A DNA stretch of 64,000 nucleotides from Pseudomonas aeruginosa PAO1 (GCF_000006765.1 NC_002516.2), one strand, 5' to 3'. Positions 1-8,486 are shown, counted from the stretch's first letter. Notes: generated by a model from the letters alone, not told the origin. Made by a program: numbers and translations.

Positions 1-324
1 GGTGAACCAGGCCAGGCGGTCGCCCACCAGGCGCCGCACCCACTGGTAGCAGCCGCCGGCCAGCGGAAACTGCGAGGACAGCTCGGCGTAGACCAGCGCC
101 ACGCCGAACTGCAGCAGCAGGCACAGCGGCACCACCCAGACCCAGGAGGGGCCCATGCTCATGGCGCCGAGGGACATCACCGAGTAGATGCCCACCACCG
201 GCGAGATGGTAGCGAAGCCGACGGAAAAGGACGACCACAGGCTCAGCCCGCGCTCCAGTTCCTGGCGATAGCCGTGGGCCGCCAGCAGGCGTTCGTCGCG
301 GGAGGTATCGCGGAGATCAGTCAT
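1..324 (-). CDS. APC-family amino acid permease, N-terminal part (runs off window)
   Basis: Manual translation from ATG at 324: MTDLRDTSRDERLLAAHGYRQELERGLSLWSSFSVGFATISPVVGIYS, a typical APC permease N-terminus. Confidence 0.8.
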   Translation of the reverse strand, partial: MTDLRDTSRDERLLAAHGYRQELERGLSLWSSFSVGFATISPVVGIYSVMSLGAMSMGPSWVWVVPLCLLLQFGVALVYAELSSQFPLAGGCYQWVRRLVGDRLAWFT

Positions 325-583
325 GGCGGTCTCCGGGCGAGCGCTGCGGGGAAGGGGAAAGGCGGATGCCACCGATGCGATGGGTGAGCATGGAGAGTCC
401 TCGTCGGCTATTGGAATTGTTATGGCCGCTTCCGGGACGAGCGAAAGCGTGGCAGACGCAGGTTAGGCGGATTACCTATCAGGATGAATTCATATTCGAT
501 TGGGCTGGCATCAGGAAAACCTGATGTATGGCCAGGCCCCGAGAAGGCCGGCTCCTGCGAAGGGAGCCGGCCGGTCGCGGCAG

Positions 584-2500
584 TTACTTCAGGTCCTCGC
601 GCGGCGGTTTGCCGGGCTGGCTGGCGTAGTCCGGCAGGGCGCTGATCGCCTGTTCCTTGTCGGGGATGCTGGACGGGTCGAGGTCGCCGCCGACGTTGCG
701 CGGGTCGGTGGGGATCGCCGAGGGAATCACCACGGTGCGCTCGGCCAGCGGCCAGCCGAGAATGGTCTCCAGGCGCCCGCCTTCCTCCTCGGGGCCGGTG
801 ATGGCGTCCAGGCGCAGCGGCAGCGGATGGCCGATCAGCCGTTCGACCTCGCCCGCCGCCTCCGGCGCGGCCAGGGTCAGGCCGGTGCGGTAGAAGCCCG
901 GCAGACTCGAGCGCGGCACATAGACCCGCAGCAGGGCACCGTTGCGGATCCGGCCGCGCGCGTCGGGTTCCTGGTCCTGGGCGTAGCCGTAGGCCAGCGC
1001 CGGATCGCCGGCGATATAGAAACCGCGCCAGATCGCGTCGAGGTCCTGGCTGCGCGCGCGCACCCCGCCGAAGACGATGCTTTGCGCCGCTTCGAGGAAG
1101 GTGCCGTGGTAGCCGACGAACACATAGCCGCGCTCCTCCAGTTGGCGGTGCGCCTGGAGCAGCCGCTCCACCGTCCAGTTCTGCGTGCCGCGGGTGCTGA
1201 AGCTGATGTCGCCGCCGTCGCCGAGGAACTCCGCGCCAGTGGGATAGTTGCGCTCCAGCAGGGCGTCGCCGCTGTCCGCCGGGCCCGCGCATTCACCGGC
1301 GGCGACCGGGCAGGTCAGGCTCACCACGTCGGCGCTGGCCGCGCCGGCCTCGTCGTTGCCTGTGCCCTGCCGGACGAAGCGCTCGCTCTCGGCGGCGGCC
1401 AGGGTCAGGGCCAGACGGGCCTGCTCCGGCTGCTCGCGGATCGCTTCGCCCAGGTCGCCGCCGCTGCCGGGGCTGGCCAGGGCGTTGCGGATCACCTGGT
1501 CGACCTGGTTCCACGACAGCCGCGCCGCCAGGTAGAGGGCGACCAGCCGCTGCACCGGATAGCCGCACTGCTCCAGTTGTTCCCAGCCGCGCGGCTGGCG
1601 ATGACGGGTGAAGGTCTCCAGCGGCAGGTGGCAGGCCTGGTGCGCGGTCAGCGCGGCCAGGCTGCCGCCCTCGGGGAAATGCAGGCGATGACTGATGACC
1701 GTGGGCTTGATGTCCAGGTCATGCTTCGCCGGGTTGCCGGCGAGCACCCGGTAGATCTTGCCTTCCCAGGTATCGTCGAGGTTGCAGCGCTGCTGGGCGA
1801 GGTAGTTGTAGACCCCGTCCAGCGGGTCGAGCAGGCACAACACCTTGCCGCTGGCCCATTCGCTCCAGCGCTTTTCCCGGCGCGGCTGGGCCTGGGCCAT
1901 GACCACGCTGACCCCGGCATGGCTGATGGCGAGCGTCGGCTGCATCTCGTTGCTCTCGTGCGCCCTGACGAAGAAGGTGGCATCGCGCGCCAGCTTCGCC
2001 AGCAACTCGTCGCCCATCTCGATGGTGTAGATCGGCGACATGTGGCTGAGCTGGTTACCGGCGTTCAGTTCGTGGATGAACACCTTGATGTTCGAAGGCT
2101 TCTCGTGGCCGATCGGCACCAGCCAGTTCAGCGACCAACTGCCGCGCGCCTGGCGCGTGTAGCTGTAGCGCACCGGCTTGTTCGGCTCGACGCCACCTTC
2201 GAGGCGGATGGTCAGGCCGTCGCTGGTGATGCTGAGGGCGTTGTCGATGGCCAGCTTGAGCGCGTCGTTGCCGCCCTCCAGGACCATGGAGTAGTGCAGC
2301 ACGCCCTGGCCGTTGGTGTCGGCGATGGCCGGGTCGACGCTCATGCGGCTGGAACGCACGCCGTCCTTGAGGTCGAGCACGCAGGCCTTGGCGCATTCGT
2401 TCCAGAGGTCGAAGGCTTCCTCGGCGGCGGACGCGAACGAGCCGCCGGCGAGCAGGCCGAGGCTGGCGACCAGGGGGATCCAATGGGGTGTCAGGTGCAT
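584..2500 (-). CDS. toxA: Exotoxin A precursor (EF-2 ADP-ribosyltransferase)
   Basis: 638 aa; signal peptide then AEEAFDLWNEC; furin site RHRQPR; YHGT motif; C-terminal REDLK. Confidence 0.99.
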   Translation of the reverse strand: MHLTPHWIPLVASLGLLAGGSFASAAEEAFDLWNECAKACVLDLKDGVRSSRMSVDPAIADTNGQGVLHYSMVLEGGNDALKLAIDNALSITSDGLTIRLEGGVEPNKPVRYSYTRQARGSWSLNWLVPIGHEKPSNIKVFIHELNAGNQLSHMSPIYTIEMGDELLAKLARDATFFVRAHESNEMQPTLAISHAGVSVVMAQAQPRREKRWSEWASGKVLCLLDPLDGVYNYLAQQRCNLDDTWEGKIYRVLAGNPAKHDLDIKPTVISHRLHFPEGGSLAALTAHQACHLPLETFTRHRQPRGWEQLEQCGYPVQRLVALYLAARLSWNQVDQVIRNALASPGSGGDLGEAIREQPEQARLALTLAAAESERFVRQGTGNDEAGAASADVVSLTCPVAAGECAGPADSGDALLERNYPTGAEFLGDGGDISFSTRGTQNWTVERLLQAHRQLEERGYVFVGYHGTFLEAAQSIVFGGVRARSQDLDAIWRGFYIAGDPALAYGYAQDQEPDARGRIRNGALLRVYVPRSSLPGFYRTGLTLAAPEAAGEVERLIGHPLPLRLDAITGPEEEGGRLETILGWPLAERTVVIPSAIPTDPRNVGGDLDPSSIPDKEQAISALPDYASQPGKPPREDLK

Positions 2501-2749
2501 CGCGATGGCTCCTTTGATGGGTGAAGGATGAGGCTGATCGAGCGGTTGGTTTTTCTTGTCGGGCGAGCCGGCGGAGAGCGGCGGGGCGTCTAGGGTGCGG
2601 GTTGCGGGGAGGCTGGCGGGGAGCGGAAGAGAGCTTTTATGGGATTTATGAACTGGATTGCAGAGTGGTGAATGTGCGAACGGGAGGCTTGCCGATCGGA
2701 GGATACATGCAGGGCGTCCATCTCGGCCTGGTGGTGGCAGCCCGGCCTG

Positions 2750-3118
2750 TCAGTCAGGCGCCTGACAACCCAGGGTGACGACCAGTTCGCGGCCGCTCGC
2801 CAAGCCGGCGTCCGCCGCCAGGGTCAGCGTGCGCGGCGTGTCCTGGCGACTATCGAGCAGCCCCTCTTGAAGCACGAGGCTGTCGGCGCTGGCGCCCCTG
2901 GCCAGCAGCCGATATCGCACCAGCGCCGAGGTACAGCCGCATTCGCCGGTGGAGCGCCGGGCCTCAAGGGTGAGTGGCAGGTGCAACTGGCCCTCCGCCG
3001 TGTGCGGTGCACCGAGCCGGGCGGCGAGGCAGGCGGAGAGAGCATTGTCGAGCGTCGCCGCGTCGGCGAATGGGGCGGCCAGGCAGAGGCTGCCGAGGAG
3101 CAGGGCTTTGGCGTCCAT
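2750..3118 (-). CDS. Small exported Cys-containing hypothetical protein
   Basis: 122 aa; signal-peptide-like N-terminus (MDAKALLLGSLCLAAPFADA), CGC motif and C-terminal LGCQAPD. Confidence 0.7.
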   Translation of the reverse strand: MDAKALLLGSLCLAAPFADAATLDNALSACLAARLGAPHTAEGQLHLPLTLEARRSTGECGCTSALVRYRLLARGASADSLVLQEGLLDSRQDTPRTLTLAADAGLASGRELVVTLGCQAPD

Positions 3119-3478
3119 GTCGGGGTTCCGCTGGGGATGGAAAGGGCATCATGGCTGAGGTGGCTTTATTCGTCGAACAATGGCTGGCCCTGCCGGTATA
3201 TCGGCCAGGACTTCAAGCGTTGCGGAAACGGCCTGACCAGCTGCAGCGGCTTGCAATCAAAAACGCTGGGCTCGCAATCAGCGTGGCTTTGTCCGGAAGC
3301 TCGCGAAGGGGCGGCATGGATGAATTTTGAAAGTGGGAGTTCGTTAATGAACCGAAGGTATGCGGCTTCCGTGACTGGCCGGGGTAGATGAGGTGTGCGT
3401 TAAGGAAATGACCGTTTGACGCAGGCGCGATTATAAGAGGCGAGAGAGCGCACCTTCTGGATCATCTAAACACGGGAT

Positions 3479-3529
3479 ATTGAAGTTGATTGCAGTGTAT
3501 TGCCGATGCATTGGGGCTTATTGACTGGG
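3479..3529 (+). promoter_or_regulatory. Pyocin P-box (PrtN-responsive repeats)
   Basis: ATTG at 3479, 3489, 3499, 3510 and 3520 (10-11 bp period) upstream of the pyocin gene; fits the ATTGnn(n)GT P-box repeat. Confidence 0.8.
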
Positions 3530-3593
3530 AGAGGGTTCTCTAGGTGGGAGTCGCTCAATACATTACACTTTCAAATTAATGTAGGGGCGATCT

Positions 3594-5663
3594 ATGGCTG
3601 TCAATGATTACGAACCTGGTTCGATGGTTATTACACATGTGCAGGGTGGTGGGCGTGACATAATCCAGTATATTCCTGCTCGATCAAGCTACGGTACTCC
3701 ACCATTTGTCCCACCAGGACCAAGTCCGTATGTCGGTACTGGAATGCAGGAGTACAGGAAGCTAAGAAGTACGCTTGATAAGTCCCATTCAGAACTCAAG
3801 AAAAACCTGAAAAATGAAACCCTGAAGGAGGTTGATGAACTCAAGAGTGAAGCGGGGTTGCCAGGTAAAGCGGTCAGTGCCAATGACATCCGCGATGAAA
3901 AGAGTATCGTTGATGCACTCATGGATGCCAAAGCAAAATCGCTAAAGGCCATTGAGGATCGCCCGGCCAATCTTTATACGGCTTCAGACTTTCCTCAGAA
4001 GTCAGAGTCGATGTACCAGAGTCAGTTGCTGGCCAGCCGAAAATTCTATGGAGAGTTCCTGGATCGCCATATGAGTGAGCTGGCCAAAGCGTACAGCGCC
4101 GATATCTATAAGGCGCAAATCGCTATCTTGAAACAAACGTCTCAAGAGCTGGAGAATAAAGCCCGGTCATTGGAAGCAGAAGCCCAGCGAGCCGCTGCTG
4201 AGGTGGAGGCGGACTACAAGGCCAGGAAGGCAAATGTCGAGAAAAAAGTGCAGTCCGAGCTTGACCAGGCTGGGAATGCTTTGCCTCAACTGACCAATCC
4301 AACGCCAGAGCAGTGGCTTGAACGCGCTACTCAACTGGTTACGCAGGCGATCGCCAATAAGAAGAAATTGCAGACTGCAAACAATGCCTTGATTGCCAAG
4401 GCACCCAATGCACTGGAGAAACAAAAGGCAACCTACAACGCCGATCTCCTAGTGGATGAAATCGCCAGCCTGCAAGCACGGCTGGACAAGCTGAACGCCG
4501 AAACGGCAAGGCGCAAGGAAATCGCTCGTCAAGCGGCGATCAGGGCTGCCAATACTTATGCCATGCCAGCCAATGGCAGCGTTGTCGCCACCGCCGCAGG
4601 CCGGGGTCTGATCCAGGTCGCACAAGGCGCCGCATCCCTTGCTCAAGCGATCTCCGATGCGATTGCCGTCCTGGGCCGGGTCCTGGCTTCAGCACCCTCG
4701 GTGATGGCCGTGGGCTTTGCCAGTCTGACCTACTCCTCCCGGACTGCCGAGCAATGGCAGGACCAAACGCCCGATAGCGTTCGTTACGCCCTGGGCATGG
4801 ATGCCGCTAAATTGGGGCTTCCCCCAAGCGTAAACCTGAACGCGGTTGCAAAAGCCAGCGGTACCGTCGATCTGCCGATGCGCCTGACCAACGAGGCACG
4901 AGGCAACACGACGACCCTTTCGGTGGTCAGCACCGATGGTGTGAGCGTTCCGAAAGCCGTTCCGGTCCGGATGGCGGCCTACAATGCCACGACAGGCCTG
5001 TACGAGGTTACGGTTCCCTCTACGACCGCAGAAGCGCCGCCACTGATCCTGACCTGGACGCCGGCGAGTCCTCCAGGAAACCAGAACCCTTCGAGTACCA
5101 CTCCGGTCGTACCGAAGCCGGTGCCGGTATATGAGGGAGCGACCCTTACACCGGTGAAGGCTACCCCGGAAACCTATCCTGGGGTGATTACACTACCGGA
5201 AGACCTGATCATCGGCTTCCCGGCCGACTCGGGGATCAAGCCGATCTATGTGATGTTCAGGGATCCGCGGGATGTACCTGGTGCTGCGACTGGCAAGGGA
5301 CAGCCCGTCAGCGGTAATTGGCTCGGCGCCGCCTCTCAAGGTGAGGGGGCTCCAATTCCAAGCCAGATTGCGGATAAACTACGTGGTAAGACATTCAAAA
5401 ACTGGCGGGACTTTCGGGAACAATTCTGGATAGCTGTGGCTAATGATCCTGAGTTAAGTAAACAGTTTAATCCTGGTAGTTTAGCTGTAATGAGAGATGG
5501 AGGGGCTCCTTATGTCAGAGAGTCAGAACAGGCTGGCGGGAGAATAAAGATCGAAATCCACCACAAGGTTCGAATAGCAGATGGAGGCGGCGTTTACAAT
5601 ATGGGGAACCTTGTTGCAGTAACGCCAAAACGTCATATAGAAATCCACAAGGGAGGGAAGTGA
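3594..5663 (+). CDS. pys2: Pyocin S2 killing protein (HNH DNase)
   Basis: 689 aa; pyocin S domain ending PIYVMFRDPR; C-terminal HNH motif EIHHKV...GNL...HIEIH. Confidence 0.97.
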   Translation: MAVNDYEPGSMVITHVQGGGRDIIQYIPARSSYGTPPFVPPGPSPYVGTGMQEYRKLRSTLDKSHSELKKNLKNETLKEVDELKSEAGLPGKAVSANDIRDEKSIVDALMDAKAKSLKAIEDRPANLYTASDFPQKSESMYQSQLLASRKFYGEFLDRHMSELAKAYSADIYKAQIAILKQTSQELENKARSLEAEAQRAAAEVEADYKARKANVEKKVQSELDQAGNALPQLTNPTPEQWLERATQLVTQAIANKKKLQTANNALIAKAPNALEKQKATYNADLLVDEIASLQARLDKLNAETARRKEIARQAAIRAANTYAMPANGSVVATAAGRGLIQVAQGAASLAQAISDAIAVLGRVLASAPSVMAVGFASLTYSSRTAEQWQDQTPDSVRYALGMDAAKLGLPPSVNLNAVAKASGTVDLPMRLTNEARGNTTTLSVVSTDGVSVPKAVPVRMAAYNATTGLYEVTVPSTTAEAPPLILTWTPASPPGNQNPSSTTPVVPKPVPVYEGATLTPVKATPETYPGVITLPEDLIIGFPADSGIKPIYVMFRDPRDVPGAATGKGQPVSGNWLGAASQGEGAPIPSQIADKLRGKTFKNWRDFREQFWIAVANDPELSKQFNPGSLAVMRDGGAPYVRESEQAGGRIKIEIHHKVRIADGGGVYNMGNLVAVTPKRHIEIHKGGK

Positions 5664-5664
5664 T

Positions 5665-5928
5665 ATGAAGTCCAAGATTTCCGAATATACGGAAAAAGAG
5701 TTTCTTGAGTTTGTTAAAGACATATACACAAACAATAAGAAAAAGTTCCCTACCGAGGAGTCTCATATTCAAGCCGTGCTTGAATTTAAAAAACTAACGG
5801 AACACCCAAGCGGCTCAGACCTTCTTTACTACCCCAACGAAAATAGAGAAGATAGCCCAGCTGGAGTTGTAAAGGAAGTTAAAGAATGGCGTGCTTCCAA
5901 GGGGCTTCCTGGCTTTAAGGCCGGTTAG
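5665..5928 (+). CDS. imm2: Pyocin S2 immunity protein
   Basis: 87 aa colicin E DNase-immunity family (YTEKEFLEF...HPSGSDLLYYP...EWRASKGLPGFK), 1 bp after the toxin stop. Confidence 0.97.
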   Translation: MKSKISEYTEKEFLEFVKDIYTNNKKKFPTEESHIQAVLEFKKLTEHPSGSDLLYYPNENREDSPAGVVKEVKEWRASKGLPGFKAG

Positions 5929-5937
5929 TTGGCCATC

Positions 5938-5965
5938 AACAAGCCCCGTTTCGACGGGGCTTGTT
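5938..5965 (+). terminator. Hairpin downstream of imm2
   Basis: AACAAGCCCCGT-TTCG-ACGGGGCTTGTT, a 12-bp perfect stem with a UUCG loop. Confidence 0.75.
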
Positions 5966-6026
5966 CCATGTTGACGCTGCTCTATCTTGACAGTCTGTCC
6001 TGAATATTCTTGAAGACAATCACATT

Positions 6027-6286
6027 ATGAGCCGCAACCACCGCAAAACACCCATCGTCGGGCGCACGAGCTGCCGTAGCGAGCTCTCCACGTTGGCCAG
6101 CAGCCCACCTCTCCCTACTGGAAAGTCAGGTCAATAACACTGGTGCCACGTAAGGATGGGCGTTCCTACTGGCCCCTCATACGCCAGGCTGCTACGGCAG
6201 ATCGTGTCGCTAACCTCAAGGGACACAACCCGCAAGAACGCGCGTCCCTGAAAAAGCGCCTGCTGCGCAAGTGGATGAGCAAATGA
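6027..6286 (+). pseudogene. Degenerate small hypothetical gene (MSRNHRKTPIVG...[10 protein letters not shown])
   Basis: Recognisable N- and C-terminal segments lie in different frames with stops between them; the final TGA overlaps the next ATG (ATGA). Confidence 0.6.
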
Positions 6287-6638
6287 GTACATCCAACATC
6301 CAGGCATTGGCCAGCACTGGGCACAGCTCGCCAAAGAAGCGGGATTCCGAGCCGACTATGACAGCACATCAACGCCAGAAACACATCTGGTCTGCGGAGT
6401 AACCCAAGAGTGGATTCGAGAACACATCGTTGCCACCAACGATATGCGCCCGTTCGGCCTGCTGCATTTGCTGGGTCAGGCATCGTTGCGCATGGAGCAA
6501 GCGTTGTGGCCGGAAGATTACGAGCGGATGACTCGTAAGGTCAAGGGAGTCCAGCGGGAAGCTGAAGGCGACAACGCCAAATCATACATTTATGAAGAAG
6601 TCATGCAGATAAGGCAGGAGCGCTTCGATAAAGCACGA
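6283..6638 (+). pseudogene. Frameshifted hypothetical gene, possibly antitoxin-like; its 3' half is the start of ORF 6444..6788
   Basis: ATG 6283 reads [11 protein letters not shown], then a frameshift at ~6316-6318 gives [15 protein letters not shown]...[32 protein letters not shown]...QERFDKAR. Confidence 0.55.
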
Positions 6639-6804
6639 CATAATTTGCAAGGGGTTTGTCATAGGTATCAAGGATCCAATTATTTTACAGTCCTGATACT
6701 AGTATTGTGGTTGTTCTCAAAGAGGATGGAATGTTTTTGTCAGGGTGGTATCTTGAGCCAGGAAGCAGACAGGAAAAAACTATTTTGAGAATGAGGTGAT
6801 TTAA
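6639..6804 (+). pseudogene. Colicin D-like tRNase C-terminal remnant (two 1-nt deletions)
   Basis: Reconstructed GS(K)LFYSPDTSIVVVLKEDGMFLSGWYLEPGSRQEK(N)YFENEVI*, versus colicin D GSKVYFNPNTMNVVIIKSNGEFLSGW (recalled). TAA 6802-6804 abuts the immunity ATG at 6805. Confidence 0.75.
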
Positions 6805-7077
6805 ATGAGCATGGCACTTATTGATCTTGCAAGAGATTTTTTGGATGGATCGTTAAGCGGAAAGAGTTTCACAAAAAAATTCTTTGAAATGTGGCGTAGC
6901 GAAGGTGCGTCAGGCTTGCTGAAAAAGGATGATGATAATCTTGGCGCTTGCCTCAGGCTTATGTTTGGAATGGCAGATTGCTTCACGGATGGACCGAAGG
7001 ATAATGATGGTGAGATAAATGAAGAGGAGCTAAAGCAGGAAGTTAGAGGGCTTTTGAAGAAATATAAATATATCTAG
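6805..7077 (+). CDS. Orphan colicin D-type immunity protein
   Basis: 90 aa; MALIDLARDFL...MADCF...EINEEELKQEVRGLLKKY resembles ImmD; GAGGTG RBS upstream. Confidence 0.85.
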   Translation: MSMALIDLARDFLDGSLSGKSFTKKFFEMWRSEGASGLLKKDDDNLGACLRLMFGMADCFTDGPKDNDGEINEEELKQEVRGLLKKYKYI

Positions 7078-7108
7078 CTGATGATCCTTTATATCCGAAG
7101 ATATAGAT

Positions 7109-7144
7109 CAGGCGAAGTCAGTTTATGGGCTTCGCCTGTTTCTT
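7109..7144 (+). terminator. Putative intrinsic terminator
   Basis: CAGGCGAAG...CTTCGCCTG stem followed by TTTCTT. Confidence 0.6.
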
Positions 7145-7246
7145 AGCCAATCCATGCTTCGAGAGCAGATGTAAATCGCCGAATTGTCAGTTAGTGCGTC
7201 AGTCGCAAAATGCGTGAGTCTGCGATTTTGAATTGAAAGCCTTGTG

Positions 7247-7496
7247 TATTACTATCCTGCTCCGGCAACACTACCTGCCTTCCCCGACGCCTTGAGAGCT
7301 AAGCCAAAAACTTCTATTCAAGGTGGTGGTGGGTTGCGGAAGCACTGGAAGGATAAAAGGGAATATCTATAAATGGGATTCTCAGCATGGCAGTTTTGAG
7401 ATGTATGACAAGAGAGGGTGGCACTTGGGAGGGTTTGATTCTAATGCTGGTGCTCGCACGAAGTCTGCTGATCCAAAAAGGAGTGTAGAAGCATGA
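7247..7496 (+). pseudogene. Colicin E3 / pyocin S6-like rRNase domain remnant (frameshift at 7355-7358)
   Basis: YYPAPATLPAFPDALRAKPKTSIQGGGGLRKHWKDK / GNIYKWDSQHGSFEMYDKRGWHLGGFDSNAGARTKSADPKRSVEA*; the WDSQHG..E motif is retained; its stop overlaps the next ATG. Confidence 0.88.
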
Positions 7497-7726
7497 CTGT
7501 ATTGATTTCTGGGTACCTACCATCGGGAAATGATGAGTCCTTGAAATATGAAAAAACTGTTCCTTTCGAATATATTTCGAAAGTTATGGAGGTGATGCGT
7601 TGGAAGAAGGGTGAGAATATTGAGGGTGAATATCCTATTAAGAATGATGATGTTGTAAGGATTGAGGAGGTTATAGGCGAAAAGCTTCCGGTTGGATTGG
7701 AGTATTTTATTGGGGTTTACGCCTAA
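7493..7726 (+). CDS. Orphan immunity protein, probable pyocin S6 (rRNase) type
   Basis: 77 aa acidic, low-GC ORF coupled by an ATGA overlap to the rRNase remnant. Confidence 0.8.
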   Translation: MTVLISGYLPSGNDESLKYEKTVPFEYISKVMEVMRWKKGENIEGEYPIKNDDVVRIEEVIGEKLPVGLEYFIGVYA

Positions 7727-7931
7727 CTATAGATTGTAGAGGAAGGTCCTGCTGCATGGGGGTTCTTTTTAAATTTAAAAATATTCTATTTGGCAATAGA
7801 GTGCTCTTCCTTGGCCTGATAGTTGTAAAGAAAGAGAGCGTTACTGGAAAAACCTAGATTTTTAATGGTCATGAGGGAAAAGATCACTCTGTTGCTTCAA
7901 GCCCTGACTCCTTTCAGGGCGTATGACGGGG

Positions 7932-8486
7932 TCAGGCCCGGATCAGCGGGCGTGGACTGTCGAGGAGTTGGGGGCAGTCGGAGAGGGGGATCCAGGTCTT
8001 GCCTTGCCAGTGCAGGGTGTCGATCTCGGCGGTTTTCCAGTGCAGCACGGCGCGCTGGGGCGTGGCGTTGGGGCGGGACTGGCTGCGCAGGCGTGGCAGC
8101 ACCGAGCCGCTGACCCAACGGCGCAAACCCCGTGCCGCGCCAGGCGCTGCGAGCCAGAGCAGAGCGTAGAGCCCGGACTCGCTGACCAGGCAGTCCTGGC
8201 GTGGCCCGTGGCGTTCGTCATGGAGCCAGGCGAGCCGCCACTGATCGGTGTCCAGATGCCGCTCCAGCGCATGGCAGAGGGCGAACAAGCGCTCGCGCTG
8301 TTCCGCCGTCGCCAGCGGCCACGGCGCCTCGTCACACAACGCCGCCGGCGCCCGACCGCCCAGGTAACGGCCCAGCAGCCGTACCAGGTCGGAGAGCACG
8401 AACCAGCCTTCCTCATCCAGCAGCACGGCGCGCAGGACCCGATGGTGGTGGGTGAAACGGCTGGGTTGGAGGAGGGTGTCAGACAT
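7932..8486 (-). CDS. BRO-N domain protein (phage antirepressor-like)
   Basis: MSDTLLQPSRF...LRAVLLDEEGWFVLSDL...LVSESGLYALL...LRRWVSGSVLPRL; start set at ATG 8486. Confidence 0.85.
   Translation of the reverse strand: MSDTLLQPSRFTHHHRVLRAVLLDEEGWFVLSDLVRLLGRYLGGRAPAALCDEAPWPLATAEQRERLFALCHALERHLDTDQWRLAWLHDERHGPRQDCLVSESGLYALLWLAAPGAARGLRRWVSGSVLPRLRSQSRPNATPQRAVLHWKTAEIDTLHWQGKTWIPLSDCPQLLDSPRPLIRA

Noticed and set aside
500-2524. 674-aa plus-strand ORF, and similar long ORFs at 11304..14216, 33297..35807 and 40320..43136
   Set aside because: Antisense shadows of toxA, nrdA, napA and the GGDEF-EAL gene, expected from high-GC codon bias; no protein-family motifs.
5971-6020. Sigma-70 promoter for the orphan tract (TTGACG and TTGACA present)
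   Set aside because: No acceptable -10 hexamer at 16-18 bp spacing from either -35.
6444-6788. 114-aa ORF as a genuine standalone gene
   Set aside because: It is a chimera: the 3' half of a frameshifted gene fused to a mostly out-of-frame colicin D-like relic.
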